Shown here piece after piece: positions 30,726-39,660 of a stretch of DNA of 39,660 nucleotides. Source of the DNA: an uncultured archaeon (lineage in GTDB: Archaea; Asgardarchaeota; Lokiarchaeia; Sigyniarchaeales; SOKP01); the NCBI GenBank assembly GCA_964525635.1, contig CAZGJX010000027.1, positions 1-39,660 on the forward strand, in the 5' to 3' direction. Position 1 is the stretch's first letter. Each line of letters starts with the position of its first letter. Made by a program: the position numbers and the translations under genes. The notes beneath the pieces are model-generated. The model saw nothing but the letters and a program-made list of their open reading frames with translations, ran no database searches and was not told the origin of the DNA.

Positions 30726-31673
30726 ATGCCTGAAAAGAAAATTATAGATAAATTAAGGAAGGTAAATCAATTTAAGATTAATAAAGAAACAGATATAAAA
30801 AAACTTATTACTAATTTTAAGGAAACAGGATTTAATGCTAAAAGATTAGCTAAAGCTTGTGAAATTTATGAAAATATGTTAAAAGATTCTGAATGTGTAA
30901 AATTTTTTGGATTAGCAGGAGCAATGGTTCCAGCAGGTATGCAAGGAATAATTCATGACTTTATAAAAGAAGGATTTATTGATATTTTAGTAACAACTGG
31001 TGCAAATCTAACACATGATATAGCAGAATGTCTAGGATATCATCATCTGCAAGGAGATATTAATATTGATGATATAGATGATCCATCTTTATATCAAGAA
31101 GAAATAAATAGAATTTATGATGTTTTCCTACCCAATAATGTTTATGAGGGTATAGAAGATTTTATATCCAAATTAAAAATCCCGGACGATAATATGCCTG
31201 TAAGTAGATTTTTACATTTTTTAGGAGAACAATTACCTGAAAATCCTCTCTCTATATTAAAAATGGCCGCTAATAAGAATATTCCAATTTTTTGTCCCGC
31301 ATTTACAGATTCAGGATTAGCTCTACAACTTGGATTCCATCATCGAAACCTTAATCTTAATCATTTCAAAGATATGTTAACATTGGTAGATATTGCTTGG
31401 GATACGAAAAATGCTGGTGTATGTATTATTGGTGGGGGTACTCCTAAAAATTTTATATTTCAATCCCTACAATTTTGTCCAAATTCTGCTAAATATGCTA
31501 TTCAAATAACTACAGATCGTCCAGAACCTGGAGGATTAAGTGGTGCGTCTCTCAAAGAAGCTATGTCGTGGGGAAAAATACATGAAAGTGCAGAATATTC
31601 TACAATTATTTCTGATGCAACTATAGCACTACCGTTAATTTATTGGTATTTAAAAGAAGTAAGTAATGATTAA
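30726..31673 (+). CDS. dys: Deoxyhypusine synthase
   Basis: GFNA, TTGANLTHD, FCPAFTDS, GGGTPKNF, GGLSGASLKEAMSWGK with the catalytic Lys. Confidence 0.95.
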   Translation: MPEKKIIDKLRKVNQFKINKETDIKKLITNFKETGFNAKRLAKACEIYENMLKDSECVKFFGLAGAMVPAGMQGIIHDFIKEGFIDILVTTGANLTHDIAECLGYHHLQGDINIDDIDDPSLYQEEINRIYDVFLPNNVYEGIEDFISKLKIPDDNMPVSRFLHFLGEQLPENPLSILKMAANKNIPIFCPAFTDSGLALQLGFHHRNLNLNHFKDMLTLVDIAWDTKNAGVCIIGGGTPKNFIFQSLQFCPNSAKYAIQITTDRPEPGGLSGASLKEAMSWGKIHESAEYSTIISDATIALPLIYWYLKEVSND

Positions 31674-32128
31674 AAGGTACTTTCAAATTTTTGATCTATC
31701 GTTTTGTTTATACTCCCAAAAATTTTATCTAATACTTTCTTAAACTCTAAAAATTGAGTTATTTCTGAAAGATATTTTCCAGAATATAATGATTTAAATT
31801 TATCAACAACTTCTTTTAAAAGAGGTTTGATTACTTTTCTAAAATATTTTTCCATTTTTTTTTCTTTATTAATAATTACATAAGCATAAAATAGTTCTGG
31901 GTGTTTTATATCTCTAGAGATAATCTCATCACCCATAAAAGCAATGATATACTTTTCTCCTCCTAAATATTTAACTATATTTGAGGAAAATGCGGTTTCC
32001 ACAAAATCAATAATTGCTGTAAATAAAGCACTTCTAATATCATTATCAATATCTCCACCTGTTTCATGATATCTGACATTGACCAAATTATATCCTCGAA
32101 AAAGTAATCCTGCTTCTCTTATTAGCAT
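31670..32128 (-). CDS. Longin-like domain protein (putative)
   Basis: Beta-beta-alpha-beta3-alpha2 pattern (IREAGLLFRG...DIRSALFTAIIDFVETAF...LLKEVVDKFKSLY...F..F...LDKIF). The fold call is inferred. Confidence 0.55.
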   Translation of the reverse strand: MLIREAGLLFRGYNLVNVRYHETGGDIDNDIRSALFTAIIDFVETAFSSNIVKYLGGEKYIIAFMGDEIISRDIKHPELFYAYVIINKEKKMEKYFRKVIKPLLKEVVDKFKSLYSGKYLSEITQFLEFKKVLDKIFGSINKTIDQKFESTF

Positions 32129-32492
32129 AGCTATTGAAAAAATAAATATATTCCCTATTAATAGATATATATAAAAGATAACCATATTACAAATATTTTA
32201 TCACTTATATAAAGGTATTGAATTTCTTTCTAATCCTATGAATTATATTATAATTCTAATAGAGTAAAGAATAATAGGTATATAGTTTTTAAATCCTATT
32301 TATTAATATTTTGGATTGGATGATTTACCTATTTGATACATTCAAAATTATTAATCCATTACTGGATAAAAACATTAACTATTTATATATATAAATAATT
32401 TCTTTATCAAAAATAACAATAATCGAAAATTAAATACTACTTGATGTAAAAGCTATTATTTATTTGTAAATTTGATATTCCGAGTGATACCT

Positions 32493-32858
32493 ATGATTAA
32501 CATTGATCTTGAATCTATTTTTCAAAAAAAGAGTAATCATAATAATTTCGCACATATTATTATTCCAACTCAAATTGTTCCTTGTGAATTAAAAATAATA
32601 AAAAAAAATATAACTAAAATCTGGAAAAAATTTATATCTTCAAAAAGGGATAATTTCATTACATTATTAGAAAATATAGGTATTCAATATAAAGATCTAA
32701 ATAATAGAAAATGTTGTTATTGTGAAGAAAAAATTGATTTTATTGATTTTTTTTATTTGAATTCTTCATTGGGAATAGGTAAAGTATTGGAAATATGGCA
32801 AAATAATCTGATTTTATTTTATTGTAATAAATGCCAATTAATAAATGATCCATTTTAG
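32493..32858 (+). CDS. Hypothetical protein with CxxC...CxxC zinc-binding motif
   Basis: CCYCEEKI...FYCNKC. Confidence 0.6.
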   Translation: MINIDLESIFQKKSNHNNFAHIIIPTQIVPCELKIIKKNITKIWKKFISSKRDNFITLLENIGIQYKDLNNRKCCYCEEKIDFIDFFYLNSSLGIGKVLEIWQNNLILFYCNKCQLINDPF

Positions 32859-33349
32859 TAATTATTTTTTATATTCCATTCAAGTAAATTTAACACTTCT
32901 TCTAAAACTCTTTCTTTAAATGAGATTCTATCGGTTTTTATAACAAATTTCTTTACTATTGTATTTTTACCTGAAGAAAATCCAATATATACCAATCCAA
33001 TTGGTTTAGATGATGTATCCCCTGTAGGTCCTGCAATACCTGTTATCGCTATTCCTATATCAACATTAGAAAAAAACCTAATATTTCTTGATAATTGTTT
33101 TGCTATAATCTCAGATACAGCTCCATAATTTCTTAATACTTCATCCTCGATTTTTAAAAGATCTTTTTTTGACTGGTTGCTATAACATACAACTCCTCTG
33201 TCAAATACTTTTGAAGAACCGGATATATTTGTTATCATATGACAAATATATCCTCCAGTACAAGATTCAGCAATGGCTATCTTCTTTCTCTTTTCGATAT
33301 AATCATTTAAGATATCTTCTATTCTTTCTAATATTTGCATTTTATTCAT
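32855..33349 (-). CDS. pncC: CinA C-terminal domain / NMN deamidase
   Basis: AESCTGG, GSSKVF..GVVCYSN..K, GAVSE, TGIAGPTG..KPIGLVYIG. Confidence 0.9.
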   Translation of the reverse strand: MNKMQILERIEDILNDYIEKRKKIAIAESCTGGYICHMITNISGSSKVFDRGVVCYSNQSKKDLLKIEDEVLRNYGAVSEIIAKQLSRNIRFFSNVDIGIAITGIAGPTGDTSSKPIGLVYIGFSSGKNTIVKKFVIKTDRISFKERVLEEVLNLLEWNIKNNY

Positions 33350-33566
33350 TTCTAATGATGTTTTATAAAATCTAAAGTAAATTATAGAATTTTTTATACT
33401 GATAGTATGAATGTAGTATATTATTTACTAAATATTTATTAATAATCAAAAGGATAAAAATAGTATATAAATGTCAAATGAATAACTATTAAAAATAAAA
33501 AACATAATTTTCATATATTAATAGTTTTATATAATAATAGATAATTATATTCTACAGAGTGATTTA

Positions 33567-34136
33567 ATGAAAAAAAAAGAAGAAAAAAAGGGATTTGTAT
33601 TTAAAATAACTGTCATAGGAGATGGTGCTGTGGGAAAGACTTCTCTTATCAAAAAGTATACAAAGGGATCTTTCCAAAAAGATTATATCAAAACACTTGG
33701 AGCACAATTTTCAAAATATGATGAAGATCTCGAGGGTGAGAGTTGTAGACTCTTCTTCTGGGACATTTTATTAAAGAATATCTCTTTAAAATGTTAAGCT
33801 GGACAAGATGAGTGGAACTTCATGCGCCCTACTTTTTACAAAGGAAGCAAAGCTGCTATAATCGTGTTTTCTCATACTGATAATCAAAGTTATATTAATA
33901 TCCCAAAATGGTATGAAGATATCAAAAAATACTGTGGAGATATACCTATTGTATTATTCGGAAATAAACTTGATATAGTCAATGAAAAAGACTTAGATGA
34001 TAATAAAGTTAATAATTTAGTTGAAGAGAACGGATTCCTCAAATATTATAAAACATCAGCTAAAAGTGGTGCAGGAGTTTATGAAGGATTCCAAGCAATT
34101 ATAAAAGAATTATATTTTGAATATAAAGATAAATAA
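33567..34136 (+). CDS. Rab-like small GTPase, two exons (33567-33767 + 33798-34136; 179 aa when joined)
   Basis: G1 GDGAVGKT, G2 TLG, G3 WDI|AGQ split by a 30-nt insert, G4 GNKLD, G5 TSAK; otherwise intact. Confidence 0.88.
33768..33797 (+). other. Putative 30-nt bulge-helix-bulge (BHB) mRNA intron
   Basis: TCTGG-GACA-[TT|T]-TATTAAAGA-ATATC-TCTTTAAAA-TGTT-[AA|G]-CTGGA. Cutting after the second nucleotide of each bulge restores GAC ATT GCT GGA CAA (DIAGQ). Confidence 0.72.
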
Positions 34137-34149
34137 AAAAGTATTCGGA

Positions 34150-34452
34150 ATGATTGATGGGAATTTTAAACAAGATTATCCAAAAATCTTGTTTTTTTCG
34201 TCGCAACATTGTATGCCTTGTAAACCTGTAGAAGAAAAATTAAAAAGAATAAACATTTCTATGTTTGGTAAAAGGTTACAAATCGATAAAATTAATATAG
34301 ATATACAAGAAAATCGAGAGCTTATAAAAGAATATAAAATAACTTCAGTTCCAACATTAATTATTGGAGAAAGAAAATTAATGGTTAATATAGAAGAAGA
34401 AGATATTATTGATTGTATTTTGTATGCTTTTATAGCATCTGTAAAAATTTAA
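34150..34452 (+). CDS. Thioredoxin-fold protein (CMPC)
   Basis: FFSSQHCMPC active site; ITSVPTLII cis-Pro motif. Confidence 0.85.
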   Translation: MIDGNFKQDYPKILFFSSQHCMPCKPVEEKLKRINISMFGKRLQIDKINIDIQENRELIKEYKITSVPTLIIGERKLMVNIEEEDIIDCILYAFIASVKI

Positions 34453-34533
34453 TTTGCATAATTTAAGATTAAAAAGGATAATAAAAACAATAAATAAAAA
34501 TATTAAAAATTATAACAATAAAGGAGAAAGTTT

Positions 34534-35013
34534 ATGGATCGATCCCTATTGTCAAAAATATTAGCCCAAATGAAAACACATCTTAAGGAAGGAAAGTCGA
34601 TTGGTGATTTAAAATCTGGAGCACTTTTCGCATTGGGTCAGCAGTTAGAAGCAATTTTTTACTATTTAGGTCATGAATTAGGATCACTTATTAAATCAAA
34701 AGACACAATTCCAGCCGATAAGATACCTGAAACATTAAAAGAAATAATCTCTGAATATAATATTGGAGAAGTTGAAATCACCAACACAACAGATGAGATT
34801 GTTCAATTAAAATTGAGAAATCATTCATCAACAAAAGATCTAATAGATAAAAAAATCAAGACAAAAACAAATTTCTGTTCTTTTGAAGCGGGATTATTAG
34901 CAGGTGCTGTAGAAAGTATGAGTGATATTCATTGTTTTGCCCAAGAAATAAGTTGTAGTTTACAAACAGGTGAAAATAATTGTGAATTTATGATTGTATT
35001 TCAAAAAGAATAA
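34534..35013 (+). CDS. V4R domain protein
   Basis: YYLGHELG, IGEVEI, CSFEAGLLAGAVE, EISC..TGENNCEF; AAGGAG SD. Confidence 0.85.
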   Translation: MDRSLLSKILAQMKTHLKEGKSIGDLKSGALFALGQQLEAIFYYLGHELGSLIKSKDTIPADKIPETLKEIISEYNIGEVEITNTTDEIVQLKLRNHSSTKDLIDKKIKTKTNFCSFEAGLLAGAVESMSDIHCFAQEISCSLQTGENNCEFMIVFQKE

Positions 35014-35184
35014 TTTTTCTAAACTTCTTTTATTCTTTTTCAATTATCATTAGTTTAGACTAATTTTTATTCAAATTATTTCAAAAAAATGATAGAAGAT
35101 TGAGTATTACTTTTTTATTAAAAAAGTACATATTATTTCCATATTACTCTTTTTCATTAAATATTTCTTCCTCTAATTCTTTAT

Positions 35185-35562
35185 ATGACATTATTTTCAA
35201 ATAACATTAATTCTCAGAATAAATTTACTAAATTAATAAACACAATCAATGCTTTTGGGATAAAATATAAAGCACCTCTAATTCTCCGTATGTATGGAGT
35301 ATTAAATAGATATGATTTAAGAGTTGAGAACAGATATATTTTATGTAATTTTTTAGATCAATATAGTGATATATTAGGATTGAAAAATAATATTTATGTT
35401 GAAAATAATGAAAAATCACTCAATCAATTATTTCTTTTAGCATATAAAAAAGCTAAGGAAGCTAAGTTATTAAATGAATTATATCTGGAATATTTCAACT
35501 CAATTAAAGCAATTTGCCAAAAAGTAGAAATGAATTCTGATTTGATAAATAATTCTTTATAA
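35185..35562 (+). CDS. Hypothetical protein
   Basis: 125-aa ORF with natural composition; no motif recognised. Confidence 0.6.
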   Translation: MTLFSNNINSQNKFTKLINTINAFGIKYKAPLILRMYGVLNRYDLRVENRYILCNFLDQYSDILGLKNNIYVENNEKSLNQLFLLAYKKAKEAKLLNELYLEYFNSIKAICQKVEMNSDLINNSL

Positions 35563-35612
35563 AATTCTTCTATATTTAAAATATTAATTCATAAAAAAAA
35601 TAGCATTATAAG

Positions 35613-36143
35613 TTATTTATCTTCTGTAATATTATCTAAAATTGATTTTATTAATTTTTCAAAAGCTTCTTCAACATTATTTCCTGTTTTAGCTGATGTT
35701 AGCATAAAATTCATTCTATGCTCCTTTGCATATTTTCTCCCTTCTTTTTCTGAAATTTTAATTTTTTCTTCTAAATCAGCTTTATTACTTATTAAGAAAA
35801 GAGGTTTATCACCTCTAGTATCTTTAAAACTTTGAATCCAATCATCTAGTTTTTTAAAAGTTTTTTCATTTGTCATATCATAAATTACCAATGCACCACT
35901 TGCTCCTTCTAAATATAGCTTACGAAGTGATTTAAAGCTTTCTTGACCTCCTAGATCCCATATTTGAGCAGATACGCCCCCATATTCCTTTATCTTTAAA
36001 TCTTTCTTTAGTAAATTCACTCCTAAGGTGCTTTTATATGAGTTCCGAAAAGTATCTTGAACAAATCTGTAAACTAGCGAAGTTTTACCAACTGCGGCTT
36101 CGCCAAGTAAGCATAGTTTAACAATATAATTTGGTTCTACCAT
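35613..36143 (-). CDS. Rab-like small GTPase
   Basis: GEAAVGKT, STLGVNL, WDLGGQE, NKAD, TSAKTG; uninterrupted. Confidence 0.93.
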   Translation of the reverse strand: MVEPNYIVKLCLLGEAAVGKTSLVYRFVQDTFRNSYKSTLGVNLLKKDLKIKEYGGVSAQIWDLGGQESFKSLRKLYLEGASGALVIYDMTNEKTFKKLDDWIQSFKDTRGDKPLFLISNKADLEEKIKISEKEGRKYAKEHRMNFMLTSAKTGNNVEEAFEKLIKSILDNITEDK

Positions 36144-36245
36144 TTTTATTCAAACAATAAAATAATAATTATTAAATTAATACTTTTTCAATTATATAAA
36201 TATTGTCTCAACTATTTGTTAAAGTTTTTTTATTCTATCAAATAT

Positions 36246-36590
36246 TTAAAGCAAATGTTGATATTTATACGAATCATTATATATTTGGAATCGTGGCGAG
36301 TGAATATCAAATTGCTCTTGTAGTAAGTGTACCTCTGGCTTTCGAGCTTTCTTTAATTTTCGAAAAAAAAAATCACGATTACAGAATGTAAAGTCAAGTA
36401 TATCAACGAATAATTCTTGGTTGTTTTGCAGTTGCTCATCACAATAATTACAATAAAGAATATTCTTCCTCTTTCCTCTCCTGTATCCGACAAATGCGTT
36501 GATTTCCTCAAATATATTTTTCGATATTAAGATAATAATTATTAGACTGTTAATAAATATGAAGAGGTTAACGATCTTTTGAATCTTCAT
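36246..36590 (-). CDS. Hypothetical protein (N-terminal TM, CxxC)
   Basis: ORF only; may be degenerate. Confidence 0.35.
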   Translation of the reverse strand: MKIQKIVNLFIFINSLIIIILISKNIFEEINAFVGYRRGKRKNILYCNYCDEQLQNNQELFVDILDFTFCNRDFFFRKLKKARKPEVHLLQEQFDIHSPRFQIYNDSYKYQHLL

Positions 36591-36708
36591 ATCTTTCTTC
36601 TTAATAATTTCATTTCTGGGAAAAATTTTTAAGATGATCTAAAGGAGGATAAAAAATTTCTTCCTTAAATTAAATTAGAAATGCCATGATAAAATAAATC
36701 GTGAATTA

Positions 36709-37698
36709 TTAATAAAAACGTTTTATTGCTTCATACAATAATTGTGTTGAATACATTCTTTTATGTAAATACTTAATAATTTCTGATTTTGATATCTCTC
36801 TTTTTTTCAGAGCTTTAATTATCATTTTCATTCGATATAGCTTCACTTGGTCGTAAAAATAATTGGGATGCTTTTGAAATATCTTGATGTTTCTTTCCAT
36901 GAGATCACAATATCTCTTTTCTTTATCATTGCCAACTGCGATTCTTTTCAATCGGAGTGCCTCAATTAGAGTAGTAACCCATCCCGAAAAACAATCAAAT
37001 ATTACATCTCCCTTATTGGAAAAATATTTGATGAAATGGTGAGGAATCTCAAATGGAAATCTCGCAGGGTGAACATCTTGCAGGTCAGGGGGAATGGGGG
37101 TAATATGCCATATTGAACGTGAATAATTATAGAGAAATTCTGTCTTATTGAAATCTGAATCCTTAATATAATCTGATTGAGGAAGTTCCTTTGATTTTGT
37201 GAAAATTAAGATATATTCATGCGACCAATTCGGTTTATAGTAAAAGCTAAAGGGCTGATAAAGGTATTTCTGGACTCGGTGTTTGTTATCATTCAATTCT
37301 ACCGTCTTATCCCATATAATCGTTTCTTGCCAAATATAGATCTCTGAGAGAAGATTAAAAAAATGAAAGGAGAGGGGAAAATGAATTTTGTTTGAGGTTA
37401 TATCCGATATGACGACAATGATATATCATGTTTGCTTTAGGAGTCGCTTCAATCGAAAAAAAATTGATTTCATTTCTCGTAGATATTGTTCATACTCTAC
37501 GATTGTTTTTTCTTGGGTGTTTAGATTTTTATAGATTTTAGCATCTTGAAGTGAGGATCTTTTTGTCTTTGAGTGTTGCTCATAATTTCTAACATTGAAA
37601 TAGGGGGGTGATGTGAGAATTAATTGAACTGAGTTTGACTCTAACTCTCTTAAGGAATCCTCATCTCTCAGGTCTTGATTTAATATGAGATATTTCAA
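36709..37698 (-). pseudogene. N4-cytosine/N6-adenine DNA methyltransferase (beta class) with in-frame TGA at 37426-37428
   Basis: TSPPY in the upstream ORF; the same frame continues LKQT*YIIVVISD...IIWDK into the downstream ORF with HPARFP and a degenerate DCFSGWVTT. Confidence 0.85.
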
Positions 37699-37749
37699 TT
37701 CTCTCCCTCTTGGTTTTTAGAATTTATAATTTAGGATAATTGAAAGTTT

Positions 37750-39311
37750 GGCTATAATTACTTTTAGGTCATGGGAAAAAATAAACTTTTACTTAAAGAC
37801 GCTCAAGACGGTTTGAACGGAAAAATGATTGCTCTCAAGGATTCTATATCTCATCCCTTTCTTTTTTTGTTTCTTCATCAAGTATTTGTACAAGGGACGC
37901 CCCGCCAGATTCGTGAATGGAATGTACTCATGTTCCGCGATGAAAGCGTGTAATGTATATAATTGATGTCCGTAATCCTCATCTTACTGCTTTCTCCCAG
38001 CACTATTTCCCTTTACTTGCGAATGCTTACTTTCAATAAGGTTGGTGGTAGCGTGTTTTCCTTTAAAAATTTTGAATAAAGGGGTTAACATTTGAATCAT
38101 CCATTTTTTAGAGCCTGCCCGCAGAGATAACTTGTTGGTCTTGAAATTTACAAGTATTTTTGCGGAACCCTCTTTCTTGAACGAACCGGATTGGAATCTT
38201 TTCAATTCACGTTGCCATTTTAAGTTCGAATTTTGCGACTTCCCCGCCTTTCGAGGTCTTCCCCTCTTTGCTTGAACTCGACCCTTTATTAGCTTAATTT
38301 CCCACTTAAACTTTAATTCATGCTTGTCGCGATAAAAAGCCTTCCAATGCGTGTAGATTATATAATGCAGGAGGTGCGGTCCGAGCTTTTTATATTTATT
38401 GACTACGATTTCTCCTCGTTTCTCGTGAGCATGAAATTGAACAAGATGTATTATTCTTCCTCCAAATACTTTAGCGATTGAATCGTAGGAGGGCTCTCCA
38501 TCGGTAATGAGTATCTTAAGCTTTTTTTTATTCCCTTCAGGGATTTTATTGAACGTGTCAAGAATCGATTTCTTGAGAGCGCCTTTCCTTGCAGGATTCA
38601 TGGAAAGGGTTTCAAAATTATTATTTATTACAACTATTTCAACATTAGATTTACCCCGTGACCCCATGAATGTCTCATCCGCTAACATCACACCCCTCGG
38701 AATTTTCTTTATTTCATGTTCAATTAACTCCGCATTTTGTTGAAATACCTGCGAGACAAATGATTTTTTAAACCGACTTAATACTTCGGGAGCGATTCCC
38801 CATCGTATTGCTATCCCTTTAAGCGGGTACTTAAAAATAAAGATCTCGTAAAGGATTTTTTTTATCTTTTGTTGGTAATTTAATAAATCCTTCATCTTTA
38901 CATCATTTCCAAAGCGCTTGCCGCATTTTGAACACTTGATCCTGCGTGCTTTTCTATTTTTAATTGTGTTATATCCATTATACGTGAGAGTTCCTAAATG
39001 AGCGCATGCATCTTGGGAGTTCGACTTTGATTTTCGCTTTTTTGGACCGGAAAAAAAACTTATTCTAATCTTATTCTCTAAATTGGGATAATTCACTATT
39101 TTGCTTCACCAAATCTTTATTTCTATATAATAATTGGCCGAGCTTCTATATTAATGTTTTCCTAAGCACATGGTACTCTGGCACTTAAATCATGGATAGC
39201 TTTTTCTTATTGAAATAATTAAATCTAAAAATTTATATTAATTGAACGCATAATTTTACATGTTAAGTAAATAAATAAAAAATGTGGCATGACCTAAAAG
39301 TCATTTTTGCC
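37750..39311 (-). mobile_element. Insertion sequence, 1562 bp (DDE; IS1595- or IS6-like, family uncertain)
   Basis: 24-bp imperfect TIRs GGCTATAATTACTTTTAGGTCATG (37750-37773) and CATGACCTAAAAGTCATTTTTGCC (39288-39311), 21/24 match. 7-bp direct repeat AAAGTTT at 37743-37749 and 39312-39318. Confidence 0.9.
37789..39096 (-). pseudogene. DDE transposase with N-terminal Zn-ribbon; premature TAA at 37984-37986
   Basis: CAH...CSKC, ADETF, ITDG..SY, TNLIESKHSQVK. The frame stays open for ~64 codons after the TAA, to 37789. Confidence 0.8.
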
Positions 39312-39660
39312 AAAGTTTTGTATTTCAATATTTTTCAACAATTGCTCTAAAAAGATGTTAAGATCCTTTTTTGCTTTCATATCGACTTTATTATCTCAAT
39401 ATACCCGTTGAAATATCCCTAAGTTGTCTTGCTGGAAGGTTAGTGCCTCTGCCATTTTTAACTGTGGGAAAATCCGTATCTCCATGTCAGGATCTGCCAT
39501 AACATCTCCATTCTGCCTATAATTGTGTGCCATTGCGATTATAAATGAGTCTTTTTCCTCATATCGCAAGAAATCGATATGTAAGTCCATGAATCCAGCA
39601 CTTTCATATTTGAGATATGATTTTTTTTTTAATTGCTTGAAATTAATCAACTGTGAGAGC
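39312..39660 (-). pseudogene. DUF1249/DUF6908-like protein; 5' end probably outside window, in-frame TGA at 39396-39398, 3' end interrupted by the IS
   Basis: MAHNYRQNGDVMADPDMEIRI...AEALTFQQD, then Y*DNKVDMKAKKDLNIFLEQLLKNIEIQNF running into the TSD. Confidence 0.7.

Noticed and set aside
33768-33797. Stop read-through, selenocysteine or spliceosomal intron as explanation of the Rab insert
   Set aside because: The stop is TAA, not TGA; read-through would put 10 residues inside the DxxG motif; there are no GT-AG ends. No clear target duplication supports a transposon footprint.
37426-37428. In-frame TGA as selenocysteine (Lokiarchaeia are known to use Sec)
   Set aside because: The position corresponds to Gly, not Cys, in a DNA MTase with other signs of decay; no SECIS recognised.
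37771-38743. Plus-strand ORFs 37771..37953 and 38507..38743
   Set aside because: Antisense to the transposase.
1-39660. tRNA/rRNA genes
   Set aside because: No GC-rich cloverleaf or rRNA-like segment seen in any intergenic region.

Overview
AT-rich chromosomal window from an Asgard archaeon, most likely Lokiarchaeia/Promethearchaeota. The basis is an Asgard-type profilin, three Rab-like small GTPases, a longin-like protein, L38e/L40e, a thermosome subunit, deoxyhypusine synthase and LRR proteins with the 'KEFKVNEYITLKL' N-terminus. Layout: (i) a GIY-YIG gene at the left edge and the thermosome gene, followed by a co-oriented accessory array (LRR proteins, a secreted lipase, an interrupted metalloprotease) whose junctions carry a recurring ~37-bp repeat; (ii) a core stretch (radical SAM/DUF4130 pair, rpl40e, rpl38e, NusA-like, pth2, truD, orphan DNA MTase, GH94 phosphorylase, profilin, ABC pair, acyl-CoA ligase, argS-speB-dys, pncC); (iii) a Rab-thioredoxin-V4R cluster; (iv) a decaying mobile region with a complete IS (24-bp TIRs, 7-bp TSD). 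The most striking observation is at 33567-34136. This Rab-like gene is interrupted inside its G3 box (WDI|AGQ) by a 30-nt stop-containing insert (33768-33797) that can fold as a bulge-helix-bulge motif. The canonical tRNA-splicing-endonuclease cut positions of that motif remove exactly these 30 nt. This suggests a BHB mRNA intron in a eukaryotic-signature gene; splicing itself cannot be shown from DNA alone.
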